Assembly (NCBI GenBank): GCA_028690055.1
Contig: JAQVBZ010000002.1
Location: 29,978 to 93,977, forward strand
Length of the DNA: 64,000 nt
Direction: 5' to 3'
Source of the DNA: Minisyncoccota bacterium
GTDB lineage: Bacteria > Patescibacteriota > Minisyncoccia > JAHIHE01 > JAGLIN01
Below, piece by piece: positions 22,787 to 33,494 of the stretch. The stretch's first letter is position 1; every line of letters starts with the position of its first letter. The notes beneath the pieces are model-generated. The model saw only the letters and a list, made by a program, of their open reading frames with translations, had not been told where the DNA came from and ran no database searches. Both the position numbers and the translations under genes were made by a program.

Positions 22787-23144
22787 CTGTGACAGTTCAT
22801 TCAATTCGCGCTATACGATAAGGCGAGTTTTTTATACCTAAAGCACTCCGTCTTTGACAATCATACGCCCTTCTGCTAGTATTAAATTGTATTTAAGCAA
22901 ATTAATTTTTTCGGTTGGTTGGACTTAATGGATGCGTTTATATTCTAGAAAATGATAAAAATATGCTGTTTTACTTCTTAAAATTTGGACATTTGCCCCA
23001 AAACGGCTTGATTTCGAAAAATAAATTTTTTAAGACCCTAATGGATAAAAGGGCTGGTCTTTTCTTGTAGAAAGACGCCTTTGTCCGGCTTTTGCATATT
23101 TTTCGCATACTTAAATCTCCTCTAACTGGACTTAGGAGAAAAAA

Positions 23145-24665
23145 ATGGACATAGTAATTGTTAGTTTGGGAACCCTCCTTTTGGGAGGGGTGATAGGTTA
23201 TTTTAGTAGACAGTTTTTCGCCAAAAAACAGGTGGAGAGCGCGGAAGCCAAAGTGGGCAAGATTTTCTCGGATGCTAAAGATAAGGCGGCGGAGACGGTT
23301 CTGGAAGCGCAGAATAAGGCAGTGAAGATTTTGGAAGATGCAAAGGCGGATGAGAGCGAGCGCGTGAGGCAGATTGCTCGCAACGAGGAAAGGGTTGCCA
23401 AAAAGGAAGATTCGTTGGATAAGAAGTCGACGGACATCGACAAGCAGAAAGAGGGCTTGCAGGAAAAGAGCAAGCAGATTATGAGCATCAAAGAAGAAGT
23501 TGAGAAAATCAAGGAGGAACAATTGGAGAAGCTCCAGAAAATCGCGGAATTGGATCAGGAAAAAGCGAGGGCTATTATTATCGACAGGGTGGAGAAAATG
23601 CATCAGGAAGAAATTCTCAAGCGGATTAAAATCCTGGAGGCGGAAGGTATGGAAGAGGTTAATAAGAAAGCCAATAATATAATCGTGCAGGCTATCCAGA
23701 AATATTCCGGTACGCACACAGCGGAGACGACTACTTCGACCGTGGAAATTCCCAGCGACGAAATGAAAGGAAGAATCATCGGACGGGAAGGTCGCAACAT
23801 TCGTACGCTTGAACAGTTGACCGGAGTTGAAGTTATTATCGACGATACTCCTGAAACCATCATCATTTCCGGTTTTGATCCTATCCGTCGGCAAGTGGCC
23901 AAGCTTTCTTTGGAAAAGCTCATTTCTGACGGCAGAATCCATCCGGCACGCATTGAGGAGGTGGTGGATGAAACCAAGAAGGAAATCATCAATTCCGTCA
24001 AGGAAGCGGGAGAGGTGGCTGTAGCTGATTTGGGCGTGGTGGGATTCGATCCCAAGTTGGTCCAGCTTATCGGCCGTCTCAAATACCGGACCAGTTATGG
24101 GCAAAACGTGCTTTTGCACTCTGTCGAGGTTGCGAGACTGTCGGCGTCAATCGCTTCTGAATTGAAAGCGGACGTGACCATCGCGAAGAAGGCGGGGTTA
24201 TTGCACGACATCGGCAAGGCAGTGGATCACGAGATACAAGGTACTCATGTCGAAATTGGAATCAATATTCTTAAGAAATTCGGTATTTCAGAAGATGTCA
24301 TCATCGCCATGAAATCTCATCACGAAGATTTCCCTTACGAAAGCACCGAGGCGGTCATCATCAAAGTTGCGGATGCGATTTCGGCATCGAGACCGGGCGC
24401 GCGCAAAGATACTCTGGAAAACTATATCAAGCGTTTGGAGGAATTGGAGAATATCGCCAACTCGTTTGAAGAGGTCGAGAAGAGTTATGCGATCCAAGCG
24501 GGCAGGGAAGTTCGCGTATTCGTTACTCCGGAAAAGATTGACGATATGGGCGCGATGAAACTATCGCGTAAGATTGCCGATCGTATCGAGGAGACGCTGA
24601 ACTATCCGGGAGAAATTAAGGTGCACGTAATCCGCGAGACAAGGGCGGTGGAGTATGCGAGATAA
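23145..24665 (+). CDS. rny: ribonuclease Y
   Basis: N-terminal TM, coiled coil, KH (KGRIIGREGRNIR), HD (LLHDIGK), SASRPGAR. Confidence 0.97.
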   Translation: MDIVIVSLGTLLLGGVIGYFSRQFFAKKQVESAEAKVGKIFSDAKDKAAETVLEAQNKAVKILEDAKADESERVRQIARNEERVAKKEDSLDKKSTDIDKQKEGLQEKSKQIMSIKEEVEKIKEEQLEKLQKIAELDQEKARAIIIDRVEKMHQEEILKRIKILEAEGMEEVNKKANNIIVQAIQKYSGTHTAETTTSTVEIPSDEMKGRIIGREGRNIRTLEQLTGVEVIIDDTPETIIISGFDPIRRQVAKLSLEKLISDGRIHPARIEEVVDETKKEIINSVKEAGEVAVADLGVVGFDPKLVQLIGRLKYRTSYGQNVLLHSVEVARLSASIASELKADVTIAKKAGLLHDIGKAVDHEIQGTHVEIGINILKKFGISEDVIIAMKSHHEDFPYESTEAVIIKVADAISASRPGARKDTLENYIKRLEELENIANSFEEVEKSYAIQAGREVRVFVTPEKIDDMGAMKLSRKIADRIEETLNYPGEIKVHVIRETRAVEYAR

Positions 24666-24702
24666 TTTAGACTTTTTGCCATAGGGGGTGTCATTATGAG
24701 TT

Positions 24703-24727
24703 GTAGGGGCACAATATCTTGTGCCCT
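24703..24727. repeat. GTAGGGGCAC-type REP
   Basis: GTAGGGGCACAATATCTTGTGCCCT; inverted relative at 7481-7505. Confidence 0.65.
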
Positions 24728-24783
24728 TTGTAAAAGGTTGGATACGGAATTATGGTTTATCTTTTTTTGTGCTCCTACCGCCG

Positions 24784-24871
24784 TGTCATCCTGAGGTAAG
24801 CACGAAGGATCCCGTTATGTCCCACATATTGACGGGATTCTTCGCTCCGCTCTGCTGCGCTCAGAATGACG
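24784..24871. repeat. TGTCAT-family element
   Basis: TGTCATCCTGAGG...GAAGGATCCCG ... CGGGATTCTTCGCTCC...CTCAGAATGACG. Confidence 0.8.
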
Positions 24872-24939
24872 TGCTTATCCGGTTGCGCTTATAGCTTTTT
24901 TGTTATAGGTTATCAGTGATTAGTTATAAGTTATTTTTT

Positions 24940-25743
24940 ATGCGTATACTTTTTTTGGGAGATATGGTAGGGAAGCCAGCTAGGGCTGCGGTTGCGAAAT
25001 TTATCGCGGAGAAAAAGTCCGAAATGGGCGTGGACGTGGTTATTGCCAACAGTGACAACCTGGCGCACGGTAGGAGCGTCACGCGTAAGACCGTTGAGGA
25101 GATGCTTAGCTCCGGAGTCGATATTATGACTTGCGGAGATCATGCTTGGGATAATACCCAGGCTTTTGATATCTTACAGGCGGGAGATTTGGATTTTATC
25201 TGTCCCTGCAATCTGCCCGGATTGGATTCGGGTTTGAGTGGGAAAATATTTGAAAAGATGGGAACGAAGATTTTGGTAATCAATCTGATCGGTAGAGTTT
25301 TTATTGACAAGGAGTTGACTTCGCCTTTTGATGCGGTGACGGAGATTTTGCGGCACAATGAAAAAGAAGAACGGGTAAAAATCATCATAGTGGATTTTCA
25401 TGCGGAGACCACTAGCGAGAAGAAGGCGTTAGGCAGATTCCTGCGCGGCAAGGTGTCGGCGGTTTTGGGCACGCACACGCATGTACAGACGGCGGATGAA
25501 GAGCTTTTGGGCGATTATACGGCTTATATTACGGATGTGGGAATGGTCGGGGTGGAGGATTCGATCCTGGGCTGTGACGAAAAAGCAGTACTGGAACAGT
25601 ATGTCAGTGGCGCGCCTTTCAAATATAAGCTAGCGGAAGATAACCGCGTAATGATCCAGGGAGTGCTTTTGGATATCGATGAAAAAAGCGGCAAGACGAT
25701 GAAAATTGAAAGGGTGCAAGAGGGGATTTTACCCGAAGTTTAA
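24940..25743 (+). CDS. ymdB: YmdB-family metallophosphoesterase
   Basis: GDMVG, VDFHAETTSEK, GTHTHVQTAD, YITDVGM; rny-ymdB synteny. Confidence 0.92.
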   Translation: MRILFLGDMVGKPARAAVAKFIAEKKSEMGVDVVIANSDNLAHGRSVTRKTVEEMLSSGVDIMTCGDHAWDNTQAFDILQAGDLDFICPCNLPGLDSGLSGKIFEKMGTKILVINLIGRVFIDKELTSPFDAVTEILRHNEKEERVKIIIVDFHAETTSEKKALGRFLRGKVSAVLGTHTHVQTADEELLGDYTAYITDVGMVGVEDSILGCDEKAVLEQYVSGAPFKYKLAEDNRVMIQGVLLDIDEKSGKTMKIERVQEGILPEV

Positions 25744-25866
25744 AAAGCTTGCCTTATCCTAGCCATTTGTGTATAATGCCTGTATAAATTTGTATGCGTA
25801 TAAGATTTTCAAAATATAGCATTTAATTTGGTGCTTAATCAATTTAAGAAGAAGGGAGGTGTATCA

Positions 25867-26142
25867 ATGACAAAAGATGAATTGATCGATAGTGTTGCTT
25901 CCAAAACTGACTCTTCCAAAAAAGACGTAGAGAGGATTCTTAGCGCTATAATGGAAACTATCACCAACTCTTTGACCGATGGTGAAAAAGTTGCTTTGAC
26001 CGGTTTCGGAACCTTCGACATCAGCAAAAGAGCTGCTCGAGTAGGTGTTAACCCACAGAACCCGGGCCAGAAGATTCAGATCCCAGCTATGACTGTTCCT
26101 AAGTTCAAAGCCGGAAAGAGTCTAAAGGACGCTGTAAAGTAA
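25867..26142 (+). CDS. hup: HU family DNA-binding protein
   Basis: LTGFGTF, RAARVGVNPQ, PKFKAGKSLKDAV. Confidence 0.96.
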   Translation: MTKDELIDSVASKTDSSKKDVERILSAIMETITNSLTDGEKVALTGFGTFDISKRAARVGVNPQNPGQKIQIPAMTVPKFKAGKSLKDAVK

Positions 26143-26227
26143 ATGCTTTTAAATAAGAAATCTCAATCGACCCGAAAGGGGAGGTTGGGGTTTTTTGTTT
26201 GTAGGGATGATTGATCTATGTGTGCCT

Positions 26228-26312
26228 GTAGAGACGCCGATTTATCGCGTATGATCCATCGAAAAAAACACATTACTCCGCATTCCGAGACGCGATAAAT
26301 CGGCGTCTCTAC
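26228..26312. repeat. GTAGAGACGC-type REP doublet
   Basis: GTAGAGACGCCGATTTATCGCGT ... ACGCGATAAATCGGCGTCTCTAC. Confidence 0.8.
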
Positions 26313-26386
26313 AGATAACGGTTTTTGTCCTGTCTGTGATTATTTTAGGCGATAGGCTTGACATATGTTAAGTAAGTTACTACCAT

Positions 26387-26674
26387 ATGGAGAAAGCGGA
26401 GGATTGCATGGGTAAACATATAAAAGAGAATGAGAAGATACGAGAATTAAAAAAAGAACTGATAGAAAAATATGGAGTGAAATTGTTTGACGTGGAAAAT
26501 GGGAGGTTGTCGTTTACTCTTCAGAGAGAAAGACATTATTTTCGATTCGAAGAAGGTGGCTGTTGTCAGTGGTTGCCCTCGATTAAATCAGGCGATGCCG
26601 AGAAATTTATTAGAGAGCTTCTTGCCATAGGTTTCATAAAAAAAGACGGAGGATACCTCGATTGGTGGGAATAA
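26387..26674 (+). CDS. hypothetical protein
   Basis: ORF directly after TTGACA-17-TACCAT; true start may be ATG 26408. Confidence 0.5.
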   Translation: MEKAEDCMGKHIKENEKIRELKKELIEKYGVKLFDVENGRLSFTLQRERHYFRFEEGGCCQWLPSIKSGDAEKFIRELLAIGFIKKDGGYLDWWE

Positions 26675-26857
26675 AAAAGAGTATTAACCGTAAAAAGTGA
26701 AGATATTATCTTATCTTCCATTTTTCCAAGTTCGCAATGATTTGCGGGTTTAGAAAAGTTTGTACGATAAGGGTAAGAGCACTGCCTATGGGCGGTGTTT
26801 TTTTGTTGCACAAATTATTGGAGTAGGGGATTATCACATTATTAGGCTAATCGAAAA

Positions 26858-27120
26858 AAGGACTGTCCTTACAGAATCAAAAGGACAGTTCTTGCTTGTC
26901 ATTGCGGGAGTGTGCAAAGTAATCTCGCCGGAGCGTGGTCTCCAGACCCGGTCCATAGGTTTGAAACATCAAAAATTCATCCTCTTATCATGTCTCTTTA
27001 TAAATGCCGTGGAATATAAAATTGTGTTTGCTTTGTGCTGTCTTGTCCCGAAATCAAAACGTTACGAAACCGGCCTGGAGACCAGTTCCGGCAGGGGAGC
27101 AGGTTCAAACCTGCTCCCGC
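26858..27120. repeat. cluster of several palindromic repeat families
   Basis: AAGGACTGTCCTT doublet, TGTCATTGCG unit, inverted GGTCTCCAG/CTGGAGACC pair (26927-27092), GCAGGTTCAAACCTGC hairpin. Confidence 0.65.
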
Positions 27121-27214
27121 CTCTCTCCTGCATCTCAATAGTTGTTTGACTTAAACGCATATTTTACCTAAAATGAATTAGTAATGATTGAATAAGCTTA
27201 TTAGGTTACCCTTT

Positions 27215-28345
27215 ATGAAAATAGCCATCGATGCGCGTAGTTTGGAGGGGGATAAGACCGGAGTAGGGAGGTATTTGGAGAACATATTGAAGGTCTGGAA
27301 AGGCAGAGAGGACTGCAGTTTTATTTTGTATTTCAAGGATGAAATTCCGAAACGAGACTTTTTGAGCGGCAAAAATTTCGAGCTTAAGAGGCTGGAGAAT
27401 CCGTTATTTCGGTCCAGTAATTTTTTCTTTCAGCACTTTTTACTGCCTTATAGCTTGAAGAAAGACAAGGCGGATTTTTTCTTTTCGCCTTTTTATCTAC
27501 GGCCGTTTATCTGTCCGGTCCGGTCCGCAATCACACTGCATGACATATCTTACGAGGCGCATCCGGAGTGGTTTGATAAGAAGAGCCAGTTTATTTTGAA
27601 AATGCTTTCCAAAATGAGCGCCCGCAAGGCCGATGTCATCTTTACTGTCTCGGATTACAGCAAGGGCGAGATTATGAAATATTATGGTACTGCTGCCGAT
27701 AAGATCGTTGTTACGCCGTTGGCGCCGGACGGGAGCTTTTATTTTGAAGAGGATACGCAAAAAAATGAGATAACGAAAAATAAATATGGGCTTTCGAAAT
27801 TTATCTTGTGCGTGGGGACGATGTTTACTCGCAGGCACACTGAGGAAATCATCGAGGCTTTCGAGAAATATTCCGCGGATAATGACGGCTATCAACTCTG
27901 CCTTGTCGGGAAGAATAAGACATTCCCCACAGTCGATATCGAAAAGATGATAGACGGGGTGAACGTGAGATTTAAAGAGAAAAAAATCGTTCACATAGAC
28001 TCCGTGTCGGAAGGCGAGCTGATGACGCTCTACAGCTGTTGTTATGCGGTCATCTATCTTTCTGATTATGAGGGTTTCGGGCTGCCCGTAGTGGAGGTAC
28101 AGTTCTTCCGAAAGCCGGTCATCACCAGCCGTAACACTTCGCTAATCGAAGTAGGTGGCGAGTCGGTAGAGTTCGTATCCAAAAACGAGATTGAGGATAT
28201 TCTGCGGGGCTTGAAAAAAGTTTTGAATGATCAAATTTATTATAACTATCTAGTTGCGAAGGGGGAGGACAACATCCGGAGATTCGGCTGGAAGTCGTGC
28301 GCCGATCGGACACTCTCGGCCATATCAAAATTAAAAAAAGTTTAA
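27215..28345 (+). CDS. glycosyltransferase family 4 (GT-B)
   Basis: MKIAIDAR, TLHDI, YEGFGLPVVE. Confidence 0.93.
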   Translation: MKIAIDARSLEGDKTGVGRYLENILKVWKGREDCSFILYFKDEIPKRDFLSGKNFELKRLENPLFRSSNFFFQHFLLPYSLKKDKADFFFSPFYLRPFICPVRSAITLHDISYEAHPEWFDKKSQFILKMLSKMSARKADVIFTVSDYSKGEIMKYYGTAADKIVVTPLAPDGSFYFEEDTQKNEITKNKYGLSKFILCVGTMFTRRHTEEIIEAFEKYSADNDGYQLCLVGKNKTFPTVDIEKMIDGVNVRFKEKKIVHIDSVSEGELMTLYSCCYAVIYLSDYEGFGLPVVEVQFFRKPVITSRNTSLIEVGGESVEFVSKNEIEDILRGLKKVLNDQIYYNYLVAKGEDNIRRFGWKSCADRTLSAISKLKKV

Positions 28346-28356
28346 AAGGACCTTTT

Positions 28357-30021
28357 ATGAAAAATTTGACACAAGCGCTCTGGCTATCGGAATTCGCGCT
28401 AGCCCTGCTCATTATTACTGGTGTGGCGGATGCGACCATGGCGTATATCTCGCTCTTCGTACTGCTCTTCGGGATATGGAAACTCAGCAATCTGGAAGCT
28501 TTGCGGCTTTATATATATTCAATACCTATTTTTGTAACCCTTCCCCCCAGCGTTTTTTCGGAGGCGATGAGCGTGTGGAGGTTTGCGCTTTTATTTTTTG
28601 TTTTTAAGATATTTTTGGAAAGATTCGAAATTCTAGCGACCTTTCGCAATCGGGGGCTGACTTTCAAAGATAAGAAGAGTGAAATCTATTCGCGCTTCGG
28701 AGACTTTATCGCCATAGCCAAGACTTCTAATTATTACGGCATTTTGTATCCGACGGTGCTTTTTGGTATCATCGGCATATTGTCCTTGTTTTCTGCTCAG
28801 AGTCTTGGGGCGGGTGTTAAGAAGATGGTTTTTTTGGGGAGCGTGTTTTTGCTTTTCAGTGTCGTTTCTTTCGCTGTGCGGAAGAAAGAGGACGTGGAGA
28901 AGGTACTGAAGTCCGTCTTTGCCTCGGGTGTGGGTATCTTGGCCATCGGCTATCTCCAGCTAGGCGCCACTTTTGGTATGACTCTTTATGATTTTTGGGG
29001 AATGTGGGATAAATATGTGATCCAGGCATTCTATGGTGAGCGTACCATGCATCTGCTCAGTTACAGCAATACCTGGTTTTCCTATTACGATGCGAGTGGC
29101 GAAATCCCGCCGACGTTGCGGATGTTTTCGGTGATGCCGGACTCACATTCTTTTTCGATGCTGATGATAATTTTCATACCATTCGCGCTTTTTTATGCTT
29201 TCGCGGCGAAGAAAAAATCCGTCAAAGCAAAATATTTAGCAGTTTTGGCGCTGATGTTTTTGGCTATATATTTTTCCGGTTCGCGCGGCGCCTGGGTCGG
29301 GTGGTTGGGGGCTCTGGCGGTCGCCCTTTATTTCTATCTGCTTGAAAAGATGCCACGTGGAATCAAGATTGTGAACGCGGGGGATTACGCAAAACTAAAA
29401 AATGTTTATAAAAAGGCTTTGGGGGCGATGCTGATTTTTATCGTGATCATTCCCGTCGCATCTCTGGTATTGAATCTTAATCAGGACTCTCAACTCATCC
29501 GTGAGGGGAGGATGCTGAGTGCGGAACAAAAAAAGAATGCTCTGTTGCACAGGACGTGGTCCATTTCTGATATGGAAGAGACTTCTAATAAAGGACGGAT
29601 GGAAATCTGGGGCGACAGTGCGAATTCAGTCATTCGCCATCCGCTACTGGGTATCGGTATCGGGAATTTTCCATTTGCGCTTGAGGAAAAAATCGGCACG
29701 AGTAAAATGGGGGCCTCTGCACACAACATCTATCTGGATATTGCGGTTGAGATGGGGTTGGCAGGTGCGTTAATCTTTTTGTGGATGTCATGGAAGATCG
29801 CCGAGAAACTCTTCTTGCTCTCACGAAAGTTCAAGGAGGAAAGATTCCGTCTGTTGGCGTTTTCAATCCTGCTATCCTTCGTGTGGATTTGCGCTTACGG
29901 ATTATTCGATGTGGTTATTCTCAATGACAAGGTCCTGATGTTCATCGTTATCATCCTCGCCGTTCTTTACAAATTGGAGGACCTGGAAGAGAGGGAAAGT
30001 GTGGGCAAAACCGCCCTATAA
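28357..30021 (+). CDS. O-antigen ligase/Wzy-like membrane protein
   Basis: Multi-TM, SGSRGAW, R..IW, PLLGIGIGNF, AHNIYL..AVEMG. Confidence 0.88.
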   Translation: MKNLTQALWLSEFALALLIITGVADATMAYISLFVLLFGIWKLSNLEALRLYIYSIPIFVTLPPSVFSEAMSVWRFALLFFVFKIFLERFEILATFRNRGLTFKDKKSEIYSRFGDFIAIAKTSNYYGILYPTVLFGIIGILSLFSAQSLGAGVKKMVFLGSVFLLFSVVSFAVRKKEDVEKVLKSVFASGVGILAIGYLQLGATFGMTLYDFWGMWDKYVIQAFYGERTMHLLSYSNTWFSYYDASGEIPPTLRMFSVMPDSHSFSMLMIIFIPFALFYAFAAKKKSVKAKYLAVLALMFLAIYFSGSRGAWVGWLGALAVALYFYLLEKMPRGIKIVNAGDYAKLKNVYKKALGAMLIFIVIIPVASLVLNLNQDSQLIREGRMLSAEQKKNALLHRTWSISDMEETSNKGRMEIWGDSANSVIRHPLLGIGIGNFPFALEEKIGTSKMGASAHNIYLDIAVEMGLAGALIFLWMSWKIAEKLFLLSRKFKEERFRLLAFSILLSFVWICAYGLFDVVILNDKVLMFIVIILAVLYKLEDLEERESVGKTAL

Positions 30022-30125
30022 GACAGGTAAAAAGGCGAAGCTGGGAGAGCTTCTTTCGGCTTTGATTTTTTATTGTGATTGTAGTATCATAGTATTGTGT
30101 TTAATAACTTAAAAACTGCTAATAT

Positions 30126-31259
30126 ATGGTTTATATTGATGATGAAAATAAGTTCGAAGTCCGGGAGATCAGAGAGCCGGAGGCGAAACCTTCGGAGTTG
30201 GGGGAACTAAAGAAAAAGAGGAAAAAACGAAAAATTTTCAGATTAAGAAATATTTTTCTGGCCGTTATTATTATGGCGCTATTGGGGGGCGGATATTTTT
30301 TCTATAAGACGAGCAATGCCTTTGACCAGATTACGGGAGAGAGTAATTCTCTTATCAAAAGCATTATCAGAATGATTCCGCTGGGGGACAGTTTTAATAT
30401 TTTGCCTAATGAAGGGGGCGTGTCTTCACCTATTGACGAGATCCGTAATGACAAACTGGATAGACTCAATATTTTGCTGTTGGGGTTGCGCGGTGTGGAT
30501 GATCCCAACGGAGGCCTGCTGACCGATACGATGATGGTGGTCAGCTTTAAACCAAAAACTAATGAAGTAGCCCTTATTTCCATTCCGCGTGATCTGTACG
30601 TGTCGATACCCGATACCAATACCAAAGGAAAGATAAATGAAGTCTATGCTCATGGGATGAATAATGGTGACTGGAAGGATGGACTCGAATACAGCAAACA
30701 GGAAATAGAAGAAGTGACCGGACTGGATATCCATTATGTGGCGAGTGTAGATTTCTTGGCTTTCAAGGAAATCATCGACACTCTGGGCGGAGTAACTGTT
30801 TATCTTGACAAGCCCTTTGTTGAAAGTGTGCCTTTCGAGGAGGGGTATATATCGCTACCCGCAGGAAAGAACACTCTCGACGGGCAGAAGGCGCTCCTTT
30901 ATTCTCGCGCCAGATACAGTAGCAGCGATTTTGATCGGGCTAGACGACAGCAACAAGTTTTGGTGGCAGTGAAGGACAAAGCATTGAATTTGGGCATTCT
31001 CTCCAATCCGATAAAATTGGTTGCCATACTGGACTCAGCGGGCAATCATGTACGGACGGATGCTGAGCTTTGGGAGATAAAGGAAATGGCGGAGCTTTTT
31101 CGCAACGCGAATACCGGCACTATCAAACATAAAGTTTTTGATACCAGCGAGGAGGGGCTGCTCAATCAGACGCACAATTCTGTCGGACAATATATCCTTC
31201 TGCCTGTAGGCGGCAATTACGACAAGATCTACGAAGCCTGCCGGAATATTTTTGATTAA
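30126..31259 (+). CDS. LytR/CpsA/Psr (LCP) family protein
   Basis: NILLLG, TDTMMV, SIPRDLYV, SDFDRARRQQQV. Confidence 0.94.
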   Translation: MVYIDDENKFEVREIREPEAKPSELGELKKKRKKRKIFRLRNIFLAVIIMALLGGGYFFYKTSNAFDQITGESNSLIKSIIRMIPLGDSFNILPNEGGVSSPIDEIRNDKLDRLNILLLGLRGVDDPNGGLLTDTMMVVSFKPKTNEVALISIPRDLYVSIPDTNTKGKINEVYAHGMNNGDWKDGLEYSKQEIEEVTGLDIHYVASVDFLAFKEIIDTLGGVTVYLDKPFVESVPFEEGYISLPAGKNTLDGQKALLYSRARYSSSDFDRARRQQQVLVAVKDKALNLGILSNPIKLVAILDSAGNHVRTDAELWEIKEMAELFRNANTGTIKHKVFDTSEEGLLNQTHNSVGQYILLPVGGNYDKIYEACRNIFD

Positions 31260-31308
31260 ATATAAGGGACCGACTGATTACACAATAAAAAATAACATTC
31301 AAATCTAG

Positions 31309-32517
31309 ATGCAAAATAATAGAAAAAGTCTGGTTCTGATGGCGACCCTGCTCGTAATTTCTTTCGGGTTCGGTTTTAATTATGGACGTAACAGCCTGCC
31401 GTCGCAGGGTGGTGCGAAAGATATTTTCGGGCTGGTGAAGGGGGATAAATCGGTGGTTGAGGAAAATGCGGACTTCGGTGTATTTTGGGAAGCGTGGGAT
31501 TTGATAGAAAAAAACTATATTTTAGGACCGCTGAACCGGCAGAAGATGGTGTACGGGGCGGTTACCGGTATGGTGGATTCTTTGGGTGATCCGTATTCAA
31601 CTTTTTTGACACCCGAGGAGAATAGTGCCCTCAATGATGACCTGAAAGGTGTTTTTGGTGGCATCGGAGCCGAAGTGGGGTATCGAGAAGAGGCTATTAC
31701 CATTATTGCTCCGCTCAAAAACAGCCCTGCTGAGAAAGCCGGATTAATGGCGGGTGATCAGATCGTGGGGGTGGACAATAAAAGTACAGAGGGCTTGAAC
31801 GTGGACGAGGTGGTGGAGATGATTAGGGGGGAGAAAGGAGTTTCGGTAAAAATTGCCGTGGTGCGGGGAGAGGAAACGCTCACTTTCGATATTGTGCGCG
31901 ATACTATCGTGGATAAAACTGTGAGATGGGAAATGAAAGAAGGACAGGTGGCTTACATTGAAATCACGCAATTCAAACAAGATACGGCCACTGAACTGGA
32001 CGCACAGATAGGAGATATTCTGGCGCAGGATCCCAAGAGTGTCGCGCTGGATTTGCGCAACAATCCGGGAGGATATCTGAATGTGGTCGTGGACGTGGCC
32101 AGCAGATTTATCGATGAAGGGCAGATTGTCGTAACTGAGGAATCGGGGGAATCCAACCAGGTCTACAAAGCGAGTGGAGGCAAGAGATTTAGTAATCTGC
32201 CGATAGTAGTTCTTGTAAACGAAGGAAGCGCAAGTGCGGCTGAAATTTTGGCGGGCGCCTTGAAGGACCATCATCTGGGTACGTTGGTAGGAAAGCAGAC
32301 TTTCGGTAAAGGATTGGTGCAGGGTATTTCCGAATTGCAGGATGGCTCAGCTTTGAAGATCACAGTTGCTAAATGGTTGACTCCCGATGGCAATAATATC
32401 AATAAGGACGGTATCGCTCCGGATGTGGAGGTAGAATATACTATGGACGACTTTAAGGCGGGCAAGGATCCTCAGTTGGACAAGGCATTGGAGATATTGA
32501 GAGCGAATAACCAATAG
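31309..32517 (+). CDS. C-terminal processing peptidase S41 with PDZ domain
   Basis: DPYSTF, GGIGA, DLRNNPGG, SASAAEI, TFGKG. Confidence 0.95.
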   Translation: MQNNRKSLVLMATLLVISFGFGFNYGRNSLPSQGGAKDIFGLVKGDKSVVEENADFGVFWEAWDLIEKNYILGPLNRQKMVYGAVTGMVDSLGDPYSTFLTPEENSALNDDLKGVFGGIGAEVGYREEAITIIAPLKNSPAEKAGLMAGDQIVGVDNKSTEGLNVDEVVEMIRGEKGVSVKIAVVRGEETLTFDIVRDTIVDKTVRWEMKEGQVAYIEITQFKQDTATELDAQIGDILAQDPKSVALDLRNNPGGYLNVVVDVASRFIDEGQIVVTEESGESNQVYKASGGKRFSNLPIVVLVNEGSASAAEILAGALKDHHLGTLVGKQTFGKGLVQGISELQDGSALKITVAKWLTPDGNNINKDGIAPDVEVEYTMDDFKAGKDPQLDKALEILRANNQ

Positions 32518-32658
32518 TTGAATATGACTATAGCTTGTATCTCCTTGTGTCTTGCGTTTTTGCTTCCTAGTATTGATTTCTTTCTGATATTGGTATAGAA
32601 TGTCTTATAGATACTGGAGGGGTAAGTATTTAGAGATTATTAAACTTAAAATAAACCT

Positions 32659-33102
32659 ATGAAGGTCATTCTTATTAAGGATGTACAAAATCTGGGGCAT
32701 ACTGGAGACGTAAAGGAAGTGAGCGGAGGATATGCCAAGAATTTTCTCATCCCCGGGGGCTACGCAAAAGTGGCTACCGAAAGTATCATCAAGAAAGCTG
32801 ATGAAATGAAAGCGCAGAAAGATAAAGAAAAAGAGACTGAACTCGAGAAAGCCAAAGAGGTCGTCGCAAAGATCCAAGGTCAGAGTGTCACTATCAAGGC
32901 CAAGGCTGACCCATCAAAGAAGCTATACGCCGCGGTAAAAGCCGAGGAGATCGCTGAAGCTCTAACGACAAAAGGTTTTGAAGTCGATAAAGATAGCGTA
33001 GTAATCGACGAACCGATCAAAGAACTGGGGGATTTTGAAGTCACTTTAAATTTAGAACATGGGCTTGAAGCAAGGATAGGAGTCACTGTCGAGGCAGAAT
33101 AA
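32659..33102 (+). CDS. rplI: 50S ribosomal protein L9
   Basis: MKVILIKDV..LG..GDVKEV..GYAKNFLIP. Confidence 0.97.
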   Translation: MKVILIKDVQNLGHTGDVKEVSGGYAKNFLIPGGYAKVATESIIKKADEMKAQKDKEKETELEKAKEVVAKIQGQSVTIKAKADPSKKLYAAVKAEEIAEALTTKGFEVDKDSVVIDEPIKELGDFEVTLNLEHGLEARIGVTVEAE

Positions 33103-33202
33103 CAAAATTGGGGATTTTATCCCCATTTTTTTATTGGGCAGAAGTTTATCATTGCGAGGAGGTACTCCGCGGCAATCCCGAAACTATGCAGACAAAATAC
33201 AC

Positions 33203-33335
33203 TAAATTAACTAAGTCTGTGAAATAATTATTTCACTTTTATTCCCCTTCACCCCGACCCTCTCCCGGTTGGAGAGGGAGAAATTCCAAATGCAGTGTGA
33301 CTGGATTGTAGAACAGCTTTAGTTAATTTGGTATC
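33203..33335. mobile_element. ~130-bp MITE-like element carrying CCCTCTCCC hairpin; direct copy at about 40287-40416
   Basis: Two copies align along their length; ends AAATTAA...TTAATTTGG are inverted. Confidence 0.6.
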
Positions 33336-33494
33336 AGTGTGTCAGACGTATCGTGGTTACGGGATTCAGGATATTTCGCAGTAACGAAATTCTGGAATGA
33401 CAGGTAATGGAGAAGAATTGTCATGCTCCGTTTATCGCAATCGCTCGCAATTATATAGAAAATATTTAAATAAGCTAATAAAATAAAAAATCAT

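Noticed and set aside
22971-24119. 382-aa minus-strand ORF
   Set aside because: Antisense shadow of rny; no motifs of its own
26760-27149. 129-aa ORF
   Set aside because: Runs through a stack of palindromic repeats, has a TTG start and no protein-like signal
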